This document shows, piece after piece, positions 27,300 through 36,134 of a stretch of DNA of 36,134 bases; position 1 is the first letter of the stretch; each line of letters starts with the position of its first letter. A model generated the notes under the pieces. It was not told the DNA's origin. It made no database searches and saw only the letters and a list, made by a program, of their open reading frames with translations. The position numbers were made by a program, and so were the translations under genes. Origin of the DNA: Candidatus Muiribacteriota bacterium (GTDB lineage Bacteria; Muiribacteriota; Muiribacteriia; Muiribacteriales; Muiribacteriaceae); NCBI GenBank assembly GCA_051747805.1, contig JBNJGP010000019.1:1-36134 (forward strand). Direction: 5' to 3'.

Positions 27300-28578
27300 A
27301 CTTCTTTTTATAGTTTTTATTTTATTTTATATTTCAGGATGTGAAAATAATGAAAATCAGGTTCAGGCTCAACATGAAGAAGAAACAACTGATAGTATTA
27401 AAGTTAAAACAAAAAAAGTTATTCCAGAAAAAGTTGAATTAAGAAACAGTTTTATAGGAAATGCAGAGGCAGAATATGAGATTTTAATAAAAAGTGAGGT
27501 AGAAGGACGAGTTTCAAGTTTATTGGTAAAAGAAGGTGAATTTGTGGAGCAGGGAGATATTATTGCCCGCATTGATGATTCTGAGGCAGAACTCAGATTA
27601 AATCAGGCCCAGATAAAATTAAACGATGCTCTTTTTGAGCAGAAACAGGCTGAGCTTAATAAAGAGGAAAAAATGCTTGAGCTTAAAAAAGAGCTTTCCC
27701 AGACCAGAGGAGAGTACGAACAGAATAAAATTTTAATGGAAAAAGCCCGGGATGAATTAGAAAATCAGGAAAAACTTTTTCGTATAAATGCCACAACCCG
27801 CGAAAATTTAAAAGAGGCTGAAAGAAATTTTGAAAAAGCAGAAATTGATTATGAAATAACAGAAAATAATTATAAGATGATGGAATCTCTTCATGGAATG
27901 GAATATAATTTAAGAGAGGAACTTCTTGATCTGATTATTAAAAAGGCAAAAAATAATGTTGAGTCGATGAAAAACGAAAAAAAGCTTATTGAGAGGGAGC
28001 TTAAGAAGTACACTATAAAAGCACCCACGCGGGGGTTAATTTCCAACACTTTTATTTCCAAAAATCATTCGATTGGACTTTCTAATCCTGAAATTGTCTC
28101 TGTTATTGGTATTTCTGATATTATTGTAAGGACAAATATAAGTGAAAGCGATATTCAAAAAATTACTATAAATGATGAGGCAAAAATAACCTTTGATGTG
28201 CTGGGAGGCGAGATTTTCTTTGGAACTGTAAATTCTATTAAACCTGTAATTGACGCTTCCAGCCGTACTTTTCCTGTGGGTATTTTTGTGGATAATTCGG
28301 ACAATTTAATTAAACCTGGTATGTTTGCAAGAATAGAATTTCCGGAACGAGAAATAAAAAAGGGGTTATGGATACCCGATTCAGCCGTACGGAAAAACGG
28401 AGGTACTTCTTATGTTTTTGTTGTAGAGGAAAATATGGCAGTTAGAAAAAACATTAACACAGGAAGTCGACTGGAAAACTCAGTAGAAGCTCTTTCGGGA
28501 TTAGAGGCAGGCGATGAGCTTGTTGTTGAAGGTATTGACCGTTTAAGAGAGTTTACGGAAGTAGAAGTTATTGAATGA
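27283..28578 (+). CDS. RND membrane fusion (periplasmic adaptor) lipoprotein with long alpha-hairpin
   Basis: Lipobox ISG|C; EVEGRVSSLLVKEGEFVEQGD, IKAPTRG, IDASSRTF, IKPGMFA, GLEAGDELVVEG. Confidence 0.92.
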   Translation: MPKIYKLLFIVFILFYISGCENNENQVQAQHEEETTDSIKVKTKKVIPEKVELRNSFIGNAEAEYEILIKSEVEGRVSSLLVKEGEFVEQGDIIARIDDSEAELRLNQAQIKLNDALFEQKQAELNKEEKMLELKKELSQTRGEYEQNKILMEKARDELENQEKLFRINATTRENLKEAERNFEKAEIDYEITENNYKMMESLHGMEYNLREELLDLIIKKAKNNVESMKNEKKLIERELKKYTIKAPTRGLISNTFISKNHSIGLSNPEIVSVIGISDIIVRTNISESDIQKITINDEAKITFDVLGGEIFFGTVNSIKPVIDASSRTFPVGIFVDNSDNLIKPGMFARIEFPEREIKKGLWIPDSAVRKNGGTSYVFVVEENMAVRKNINTGSRLENSVEALSGLEAGDELVVEGIDRLREFTEVEVIE

Positions 28579-31472
28579 AAAAAAATCAATTTATTAGTCC
28601 AAAATCAATAATCGCTGGTTTTTTACTCCTTTTGATGCTCGGTCTTATTTCTCTTTTAAGAATACCTGTTTCCTTACTTCCAGAAATGGACTATCCGTTG
28701 ATAACAATTGAGACCGAATATGAAAATGCTTCTGCCGCACAAGTTGAACAGAAAATAACAGAGGTAATTGAAAAAAACATTTCTCTGCTTTCAGGATTAA
28801 AATATTACCGCTCTATTTCTTATCCCGAAAAAAGTGTTATATATGCTGTTTTTCACGAGGGAACCTCGCAGGACATAAATAGATATTATTCAGCTGTAAG
28901 GGAAAAAATAGAGGTATCCAGACCTCAACTTCCTGTTGACTCAGGTTATCCAGTTGTTCAGATTCTTGATACAGATAATTATGCGGGGTTTGTTTTTGCG
29001 CTTGAAGAGGATTCCTTTCTAAATGAAAATTATAAAGAATTTTCAGAATATATTGGGGAAACTCTTGAAAGTTCTGAAAAAATTGCCAGAGTTGATATTT
29101 CAGGAGTGCCCGAGCAGAAGGTTGTAATAAAACCTGATTTTTCTTCTATTCTTTCAATGGGAATTAAAATAAAAGATATAAAGGAAAAAATAATCTCAAA
29201 TAATATTGATTTTCCTGGTGGAACCCTTTATGTGGGAGAACGGGAACTTAATATAAATATTAAAGGAAGATTTACCTCGCTGAATGAATTAAAAAATTTG
29301 ATTATAAATATTGACTCAGAAACAAAAACTGCTACTTACTTAAAAGATGTAGCCGAAGTATTTATTTCTGAAATAGAGGATAGTTATTCTTTTGTTAATG
29401 GAAAAAAAACTCCTGTTTTTGAGGTTTTTTCAAATTATGGAGTAACTTTAAATGAGCTTTCATCTGAAGTTTCTAACTTATTAAATGATATTCAGATAGA
29501 CTATACAGTAATAAATGATTATTCCGGATATATATCAAACTCGGTAAAGGAACTTATATTTGCTGTTATAACTGCTTTTTTAGTAACTTTTTTTGTGGTT
29601 TTTTATTTTTTTAGAAGTGTAAAAGATTCAATAATTATTTGTTCGGTAATACCTGTATCAATACTTATCAGTTTTATAATGATGTATTTTATGAATATTA
29701 GTTTTAATATTCTTACAATGTCCGCTCTTGTTATTTCTGTTGGTTTGATTGTTGATAATTCAATTGTGGTTCTTGAAAGACTGAAATACTATTATAAAAT
29801 TTCTTCAAATTATGTAAAAAAAACATTATATATCACAATATTTCCTCTAATAAGTGCTACTTTAACAACAATAATTGCTTTTTTGCCTGTAATTTTTATT
29901 GAAGGAATTACAGGGGAATTTTTCAGACAATCTGCTTTAGCTATCGCCTTTACGCTTACTGTATCACTGGTTACCGCGCTTATGCTTATTCCGGCTCTTT
30001 TTATATTAACTTATAAAAAGGAAGATTCTGTAACTTGCAAAAGAAAAAATTGCACTACAAAATTAATTGTTATAATTACCACTTTTTTTTATAAAAGAAA
30101 ATGGCTTTCCCTTACTTTAACTCTTGCTGGGCTTATAATTTTTTTCACAGGCTTTGTTTTTATTCAAAAAGAATTTCTTCCTGAAGTTATTGAAAGTTCG
30201 TTTGTAGTGGATATTGATTTAAGCGAGGGAGGCAAAGATTATATTTCTCATGAAGGCGCAAAATTAAATTATTTTTTAAAAGATAATTTAAGAAATTTTA
30301 TTGAGTCGGAATCTATAACAATTAACCTGAATGATAAAAAAATAAGGTTGAACGTAAAAACAGAACCAGAAAATACAGAATACGTATTTAAAAAGCTTAA
30401 TAATTATTTAGACGAGAACAGATTAAATGCTGATGTAATTCAGGCACCTTCATGGAATATTCCTGAAAGTTTTAGAATGTACCTTAGAATGAATGTTTAT
30501 GAAGAAAACATGGAAAAGCTCTATAACAAAACACTTGATTTTGAAAAAGAGATGAAATATTCTTATTTTAGAGAAAATTATCAAAAGCACGATGTAATAA
30601 ATATAGTACCAGAACCCTATAAAACCGAGATACTTGATGTAGAATATAATGAAATTTCTGACTCAATGAAAGCTGCTTTTTCTTCAATTGGATTAACAGA
30701 TGTAATATTTGATAATAATATAATTGAAGTAGTTTTTAAAAACAGAGATTATTTTGATAATTTAAATAAATACTCTATAATTTCAAGAAATAATCGTAGA
30801 ATTTACCTTGATGATATTGCTGGTATTCGTTCTGGATATGAGTTTTCACCAATACATAGATATGAGGGTAAACGTTCGCTTCAATACAGATTTTCTATTT
30901 TTGACAATATTGATTATCATATGAATAAACTTGGTGAAAAAGTTTCAGAATTTAATCTTGAATATAGTTTTTCTGGGGTTAATGAAATCAGGGATTCTAT
31001 GGTTAAAGATATGATATTTGCAATAATTGCGGCGCTTTTTCTAATTTATTTTATACTTGTGATTCAGTATGAAAGTTTTACAATGCCTTTTTATATAATG
31101 ATTCTTGTTCCGGCTTCCTATTCGGGAGCATTTATTATGTGGCATCTTACAGATGTAAAGTTGAATTTAATGAGTCTTCTCGGAATCATTATACTTACAG
31201 GCATAACAGTTAATAATTCGATTCTTATATTAAGTGAGCTTAAAAGAAAGAAAAGTTATATAAAAGCTGTAATTTCAAGAAAACAACCAGTATTTATAAC
31301 AACATTTACTACAGTTATAGGGGCGTTGCCTATGCTTTTTGGAAATACGGCACAGCTGAGAATACCAATTGCTTTAACCATTATAGGTGGAATGATTGTA
31401 TCATGGTTTTTTTCTCTGGTGCTTCTGCCCTCAATTTATTCTGTGAAATTAAATTATGAAAAATCTAATTAA
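28575..31472 (+). CDS. AcrB/MdtB-like RND permease, subunit 1
   Basis: PVSLLPEMDYP, NIDFPGG, GLIVDNSIVVLE (TM4), YESF, GITVNNSIL (TM10); RND topology with two large periplasmic loops. Confidence 0.88.
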   Translation: MKKNQFISPKSIIAGFLLLLMLGLISLLRIPVSLLPEMDYPLITIETEYENASAAQVEQKITEVIEKNISLLSGLKYYRSISYPEKSVIYAVFHEGTSQDINRYYSAVREKIEVSRPQLPVDSGYPVVQILDTDNYAGFVFALEEDSFLNENYKEFSEYIGETLESSEKIARVDISGVPEQKVVIKPDFSSILSMGIKIKDIKEKIISNNIDFPGGTLYVGERELNINIKGRFTSLNELKNLIINIDSETKTATYLKDVAEVFISEIEDSYSFVNGKKTPVFEVFSNYGVTLNELSSEVSNLLNDIQIDYTVINDYSGYISNSVKELIFAVITAFLVTFFVVFYFFRSVKDSIIICSVIPVSILISFIMMYFMNISFNILTMSALVISVGLIVDNSIVVLERLKYYYKISSNYVKKTLYITIFPLISATLTTIIAFLPVIFIEGITGEFFRQSALAIAFTLTVSLVTALMLIPALFILTYKKEDSVTCKRKNCTTKLIVIITTFFYKRKWLSLTLTLAGLIIFFTGFVFIQKEFLPEVIESSFVVDIDLSEGGKDYISHEGAKLNYFLKDNLRNFIESESITINLNDKKIRLNVKTEPENTEYVFKKLNNYLDENRLNADVIQAPSWNIPESFRMYLRMNVYEENMEKLYNKTLDFEKEMKYSYFRENYQKHDVINIVPEPYKTEILDVEYNEISDSMKAAFSSIGLTDVIFDNNIIEVVFKNRDYFDNLNKYSIISRNNRRIYLDDIAGIRSGYEFSPIHRYEGKRSLQYRFSIFDNIDYHMNKLGEKVSEFNLEYSFSGVNEIRDSMVKDMIFAIIAALFLIYFILVIQYESFTMPFYIMILVPASYSGAFIMWHLTDVKLNLMSLLGIIILTGITVNNSILILSELKRKKSYIKAVISRKQPVFITTFTTVIGALPMLFGNTAQLRIPIALTIIGGMIVSWFFSLVLLPSIYSVKLNYEKSN

Positions 31473-34362
31473 AATTCTTTTTTTTGATAAAATACGAACA
31501 ATTCCAGTTTTAATGATAATAATTCTTTTAGCTGGATTTACTTCTCTTTATCAACTTCATATTCAGTATATGCCGGGAATTGATTACCCTGTTTTAAATG
31601 TTTCTATAGGAGCCGCCGGGTTAACCCCAAAAGAAATTAGAACTAATATATTAAGTCCTCTCGAAAAAGATTTCAGACGAATAAAGGGAATTAAAAATAT
31701 CACCTCGTCTATTTCAAGAGGGCAGCTTTCAATAAATATTAAATGCGAGCTTCAGGCTGATTTAGATTCTGTATTTTCTTCAGTTTCATATGTATGTGAA
31801 AAAGAATATGGTGATTTTCCAAAAAATGTAAGCAAGCCTGTTGTGATGAGATTTTCAACCGATGATATGCCACTTATTGTTTTCAGTATAATTGAATATA
31901 AAACAGAAGATGAGTTAACTTCAATTAAAGAAAAAATTTCCAGAGTTGAGGGTGTGGGCCTTGTTGAAATATCAGGCAATCCTGAGTATATGTGGAATCT
32001 CAAAATTGATAAAGAAAAAATTAATATGCTCAATATAAGTCTTTCGCTTATTTCTGATACTTTAAGTCGTTATACAAAGGGGTTTACTGTTACCTCAGAG
32101 GGAAAAAACATTATTTTTGAAACAGGTGTAAAAAATTTTGAAGAAATTCCAGAAATGGTTGTAAGAAATCTTCATGGAGAAGCATATTATATAAAAGATT
32201 TTGCCCGTATTGAAAAAGAAGAAATATCCCCGGAAAAAATTTCAAGGGTTGATGGTGAGGAAACAAAAACAGGTTTTGTTTTTATGGACTCAGAGGGCAA
32301 TGCAGATATAGTTTCTCGTGACGTGGAAAAAATACTATCTTCTTTTTTGAATGCTGAGATAATTTATAATCAGGGTGAATATATTAGAGAAAACATTAAT
32401 ACTTTAATAACAGCTCTAATTGCAGGAGCATTAAGCTCATTTTTATTTATCTATGCTGCTTATAGAAAATTTAAGCCGGCTTTTGCTATTCTTATTGCTC
32501 TACCTGTTAATTTTGGAGCAGCCTTTTTATTTATGTACATAAGAAATCTTTCTCTTAATGTTATGTCACTTTCTGCCTTTTTATTCTCTCTTGGAATGCT
32601 TTATGATAATTCAGTTATTATAATTGAGCATTTTGAAAATATGATAGAGAATAATCCTCGTAAATCCTTTGAAACTCTTTATAAATATTCAATTAAAATA
32701 ATAAGTCCAGTTTTTATATCTGTTTTAACAACATTATGTGTTTTAATACCTGTATTTTTCATAAGGTATGACCTTTATATAATGTACAGTGATTTTGTGC
32801 ATGTATTGAGTTTCTGCCTATTGTTTTCTTTTTTTCAGAGTGCGTTTTTTATTCCATGGTTTACATATTTTTTTAACTGGCGAAAAAGAGATTCAAATAA
32901 AATACATTTTAAAAAGTATGAGTTTTTCAATACATTTTTTCTATCCAAAGCCCTTTTTTATAAAAAAACAATAATAGTAATCTCTATTTTAATAATTTTA
33001 ACAGGGATTATTTCATATTTTTTTACAGGTTTTATGAATATTGGAGAAGTGCCTGATAATATATTTCTTCTTCACTGTCAGCCGGGGTTGTTGACATCAA
33101 CACAGGATTTCAGAAATGATTTAAAACAGGTAGAAGAAATTTTACTTGATTATAATGAAGTAAAAAAGGTTTTGACAACTGTTGAAAAAGAAACGGCACA
33201 AATGGTTGTAAAAGTTCACCGAAAAGAGCTTCAGGTTTTTGCAGATAAATATAATGAAATTCAAAACAGATTAGAGGAATTTCCAGATATACATATTTTT
33301 TTAATGAACTCACCCGAGGAGGAGTTCAGAAAAGTTGATTTAATGATATATGATGATAACTATGAAACAAGGTTAAGAAAAGCAAATATTGTTTATTCCC
33401 AGTTAAAGGAAGACTTCGGCCATAACAGCAATATTTTAATAAAAGAAAAACCACCGGTTGAAGAGGTGGAAATAAAAATAAAACATAATGAATTAATTCG
33501 TGCAGGTTTTAATGCTTCAGAGGCAGCATATATACTGAGGGCCTATTTTCAGGGGCCAAGGCTGGATAAGGAAATGGGAGGGTTAAAAGATGAGTTCAGG
33601 TTCAGACTTGATGAAGTAAACAGCATTGAAGAGATGGGAAATCTTCTATTAAGAAAAGAAGATTTTGTTTCACTGAAAGATGTTTCTGACATATCACTCG
33701 TGCACAATCCAGGTAATATATTTACATATAATGGAATGCCTGTAATAACTATAAGTGTACTATTTGAAAAACTTGATGAATTAAACGCAATTAACAAAAT
33801 ACGAAATATAATAAACAAACTTAACGTTAACAGAAGAGATAAAATAATATACGAATTTGACAGTCGCACTTCAGATATAAAAAGTGATAGAAGAGAGATG
33901 GGAATGGCCCTTTTATTTACTCTTATACTGCTTTTTTTAATTCTTTATATGTATTATCAGAAAGTTCAGCTTGTGCTTCTTGTTTTTTCAGTTATACCGG
34001 TAACATATGGCATAATTATTTCAGCTATGGCATTATTTTCTATTCCTTGGTCTCTGCCCGTTTATATTGCTTTTATACTTCTTTCTGGAATTATAATTAA
34101 TAACTCTATACTTATTGTTGATTATATTAATAAAGATTTGTCGCACTCATCTTTTTTTAAAGCCACACATGGAATAAATTTGAAGTTTCGGGCTGTTTTA
34201 ATAACAACAGTTACAACAGTTCTTGGATTAACACCTCTTGTTTTTGCCGACAGTTTCTGGAAAATTATGGGGATTATTTCAATAACTGGTTTAATTACAG
34301 GCATGTTTTGTTCATTGTACCTTCTTCCTGTGTACTATTACTTTTTTTCAAAACCGCAATGA
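31456..34362 (+). CDS. AcrB/MdtC-like RND permease, subunit 2
   Basis: MPGIDYP, GMLYDNSVIIIE, GIIINNSILIVD, FRAVLITTVTTVLGLTPL; overlaps subunit 1 by 17 nt. Confidence 0.87.
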   Translation: MKNLIKILFFDKIRTIPVLMIIILLAGFTSLYQLHIQYMPGIDYPVLNVSIGAAGLTPKEIRTNILSPLEKDFRRIKGIKNITSSISRGQLSINIKCELQADLDSVFSSVSYVCEKEYGDFPKNVSKPVVMRFSTDDMPLIVFSIIEYKTEDELTSIKEKISRVEGVGLVEISGNPEYMWNLKIDKEKINMLNISLSLISDTLSRYTKGFTVTSEGKNIIFETGVKNFEEIPEMVVRNLHGEAYYIKDFARIEKEEISPEKISRVDGEETKTGFVFMDSEGNADIVSRDVEKILSSFLNAEIIYNQGEYIRENINTLITALIAGALSSFLFIYAAYRKFKPAFAILIALPVNFGAAFLFMYIRNLSLNVMSLSAFLFSLGMLYDNSVIIIEHFENMIENNPRKSFETLYKYSIKIISPVFISVLTTLCVLIPVFFIRYDLYIMYSDFVHVLSFCLLFSFFQSAFFIPWFTYFFNWRKRDSNKIHFKKYEFFNTFFLSKALFYKKTIIVISILIILTGIISYFFTGFMNIGEVPDNIFLLHCQPGLLTSTQDFRNDLKQVEEILLDYNEVKKVLTTVEKETAQMVVKVHRKELQVFADKYNEIQNRLEEFPDIHIFLMNSPEEEFRKVDLMIYDDNYETRLRKANIVYSQLKEDFGHNSNILIKEKPPVEEVEIKIKHNELIRAGFNASEAAYILRAYFQGPRLDKEMGGLKDEFRFRLDEVNSIEEMGNLLLRKEDFVSLKDVSDISLVHNPGNIFTYNGMPVITISVLFEKLDELNAINKIRNIINKLNVNRRDKIIYEFDSRTSDIKSDRREMGMALLFTLILLFLILYMYYQKVQLVLLVFSVIPVTYGIIISAMALFSIPWSLPVYIAFILLSGIIINNSILIVDYINKDLSHSSFFKATHGINLKFRAVLITTVTTVLGLTPLVFADSFWKIMGIISITGLITGMFCSLYLLPVYYYFFSKPQ

Positions 34363-35063
34363 GGACAGAATTTAAACTCAGCATTTGAATGCACCTCACA
34401 ATTAGGACATCGGGCTTCCATATTTACCTTTGTAAACTCAATATTTACAGAAAGCTTTAGAAGGTCGCTCTTAGGGTATATTTTAAGAGCTTTTTTCCAG
34501 AGCGAAAGCATTTCCTTATCCATACCATCCTTAAAATAGTCGAGCCCTTTAAGATAAAGAATTAAACTTAATTTTTCTTTAGCTTTTTCGTAAGAAGGGT
34601 TAATTTCAAGGGCTTTTTCAATATGGAATCTTGCTTTTTCAAATTTGTTTTGTTTCATTAAAATTTCTGCAAGAAACACTTTATAATCAGGAAAAACAGG
34701 TTTTGCTTTTACGGCTGCCTCGGCATATTCCTGGGCTTTTTTGAAGTTAGATGTTTTTAAAGCAGTATTAGCCTCTTCAATATAAATTTCATCCTGTCTT
34801 TTGCTTCTTTTGTTTAAATCAACGCCATATTTGTTCATATATAGCGGGTCAAGAAAAGAGGCTTTTGTGAAGGCCTTTACTGCCTGATCGTTCAGACCTG
34901 CATCGGAGTAGGTTATACCCAGATTAACATAGGCTTCGATAAATTTTTTGTTCATATTTATTGCTTTTTTAAAACATAAAATAGCTTCTGAAAACTTTTT
35001 CTGTTTTAAAAAGGTTTTCCCTTTATTATTTAGCACATCTGGATAGAGTTTTTTATTTTTCAT
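34338..35063 (-). CDS. TPR protein with C-terminal zinc ribbon
   Basis: TPR units (YPDVLNNKG, AYVNLGITY, INPSYEKA); CPNC-x10-CPHCG; SD AGAGGAG upstream. Confidence 0.85.
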   Translation of the reverse strand: MKNKKLYPDVLNNKGKTFLKQKKFSEAILCFKKAINMNKKFIEAYVNLGITYSDAGLNDQAVKAFTKASFLDPLYMNKYGVDLNKRSKRQDEIYIEEANTALKTSNFKKAQEYAEAAVKAKPVFPDYKVFLAEILMKQNKFEKARFHIEKALEINPSYEKAKEKLSLILYLKGLDYFKDGMDKEMLSLWKKALKIYPKSDLLKLSVNIEFTKVNMEARCPNCEVHSNAEFKFCPHCGFEKK

Positions 35064-35120
35064 AAACGGGCTCCTCTAAAAATATTCTACTTCTCTAATC
35101 GGTAAAAAGACTTTTTATAT

Positions 35121-35918
35121 TTATTTATTTGTTCTTAGATTTTCCTGCATTGTCTGAAGAAGCTTATTTGGAACAGGGTGTTCTGGATATGCACTTATTA
35201 CCTCTAACACTTCCATGAAAACATCATTATAATCAGAAACTTTGTCTATAAAATCGTCTATATAAATTCTGCTACCTAGTGAGGTAACAACTTTTTCCCA
35301 CATTTCAACTGCGGCTAAATAATCTCCTTTTTTTACATATACCCTTCCTAACCAGAAACAACCGGCAAGGAAATCAGGATGGGATAATAAAGCTTGATTT
35401 AATTCATGGGCAGCTTGGTCATAGTTTCTGTTATTAAAACAAGTTTTTGCCCTGTCAAGATAAACAGTGGATTTTGTTGTTTCGGGCTCGATAAGTTCTT
35501 TTTTATCCTCGACTATACCTCTTTGACCAATTGTGTGAAACTCAGTTGCAAGAACAACACTTTTTGTTGTTATTATTCTATTTTGCAGTAATTTAAGAAG
35601 CGTGGTAAAAGAGTCTAATCTGGATAAGTTCATAAATCTTAATTCTTCGGAAAACTCACCGCATAGTTTTCCCAGCTTAATTATTTCACGGGTCGAAAAT
35701 TCTTCAGGATGTTTTGAAAAAAAATTTAGAAGCTGGTTAACTTGTCTGGCAGATAAAAAACGTGAGTTCAGTTTATGAATATTAACGCCTTCTTTTTCTG
35801 AAAGAAAACCATTTTCAACAAAATGTGTCAAACTTTTCTGAGCTTCTTCTGGTATTGAGGCAAGAATATTCAGGGATATAAATAATATAAAAAGTAAAAG
35901 GGTGTTTTTTTTTATCAT
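35121..35918 (-). CDS. Exported protein with SLH-like/coiled-coil N-terminus and C-terminal TPR
   Basis: Signal peptide (…LNILA|S), KLGKLCGEFSEEL motif, TPR pair (FWLGRVYVKKGDY). Confidence 0.75.
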   Translation of the reverse strand: MIKKNTLLLFILFISLNILASIPEEAQKSLTHFVENGFLSEKEGVNIHKLNSRFLSARQVNQLLNFFSKHPEEFSTREIIKLGKLCGEFSEELRFMNLSRLDSFTTLLKLLQNRIITTKSVVLATEFHTIGQRGIVEDKKELIEPETTKSTVYLDRAKTCFNNRNYDQAAHELNQALLSHPDFLAGCFWLGRVYVKKGDYLAAVEMWEKVVTSLGSRIYIDDFIDKVSDYNDVFMEVLEVISAYPEHPVPNKLLQTMQENLRTNK

Positions 35919-35977
35919 ATTATTATTATCGAAATTTAAATAATTTACTTGAGTTTAGCAAATTTTTTAAAAAGGCT

Positions 35978-36134
35978 TATGTGGTCAGGCCTACATAAAA
36001 GTAAAAAGCTTTCAGCTTAGTAAAATCACCTAAAAGTGATAGTAAAGTTATCTATCGATAACAGTAAATGGTCTTCGACCAAGAAACAGTGTGAGAACTG
36101 CTGTCAGCTTAAGCTGACTTTACTGTCGATGATA
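35978..36134. repeat. Array of AGTAAA-linked short hairpins (REP/BIME-like), right copy
   Basis: AGTAAA at 36000, 36019, 36041 and 36063, each followed by a hairpin: AAGCT-ttc-AGCTT, ATCACc-taaa-aGTGAT, GTTATC-tatc-GATAAC, TGGTC-ttc-GACCA. Inverted unit GTCAGC-ttaa-GCTGAC-TTTACT (36103-36124), then a truncated unit at the window end. Confidence 0.85.

Noticed and set aside
1762..35591. Short antisense or alternative-frame ORFs in the track (e.g. 1762-2151, 6366-6752, 17728-18003, 33549-33869, 35406-35591)
   Set aside because: All lie within well-supported genes, lack motifs, and look like shadow ORFs; none resembles a double-glycine precursor.
36000..36134. CRISPR array
   Set aside because: The constant part is only 6 nt, the variable parts are 13-16 nt palindromes, and there are no cas genes.

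Overview
AT-rich bacterial DNA from a diderm (secretin and TolC present); the taxon cannot be determined from sequence alone. Twenty-five tightly packed or overlapping + strand genes run from about 315 to 34362. First comes a type IV filament cluster with mixed T4P/T2SS features: TPR protein, MshEN-bearing PilB/GspE, PilC/GspF, four prepilins, a PilM-PilN fusion, PilO/PilP-like genes, a secretin with an SLH-like N-terminus, a lipoprotein and a lytic transglycosylase. A GAF-type class III adenylate cyclase sits among the minor pilins. Next come hflKC, an NtrB/NtrC-like two-component pair and a TPR protein. Last is an unusual export module: a stand-alone C39 peptidase, a single ORF fusing an intact Lnt N-acyltransferase to a TolC-like protein, a lipoprotein MFP and two divergent RND subunits. 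Two - strand TPR genes converge on this run. Both window ends carry arrays of short hairpins separated by a constant AGTAAA linker; the stems differ in sequence but keep their pairing. The best candidates for something undescribed are the C39/Lnt-TolC/MFP/RND-RND module, the covarying hairpin arrays and the cyclase inside the pilin series. All family calls come from motif reading, not database searches.
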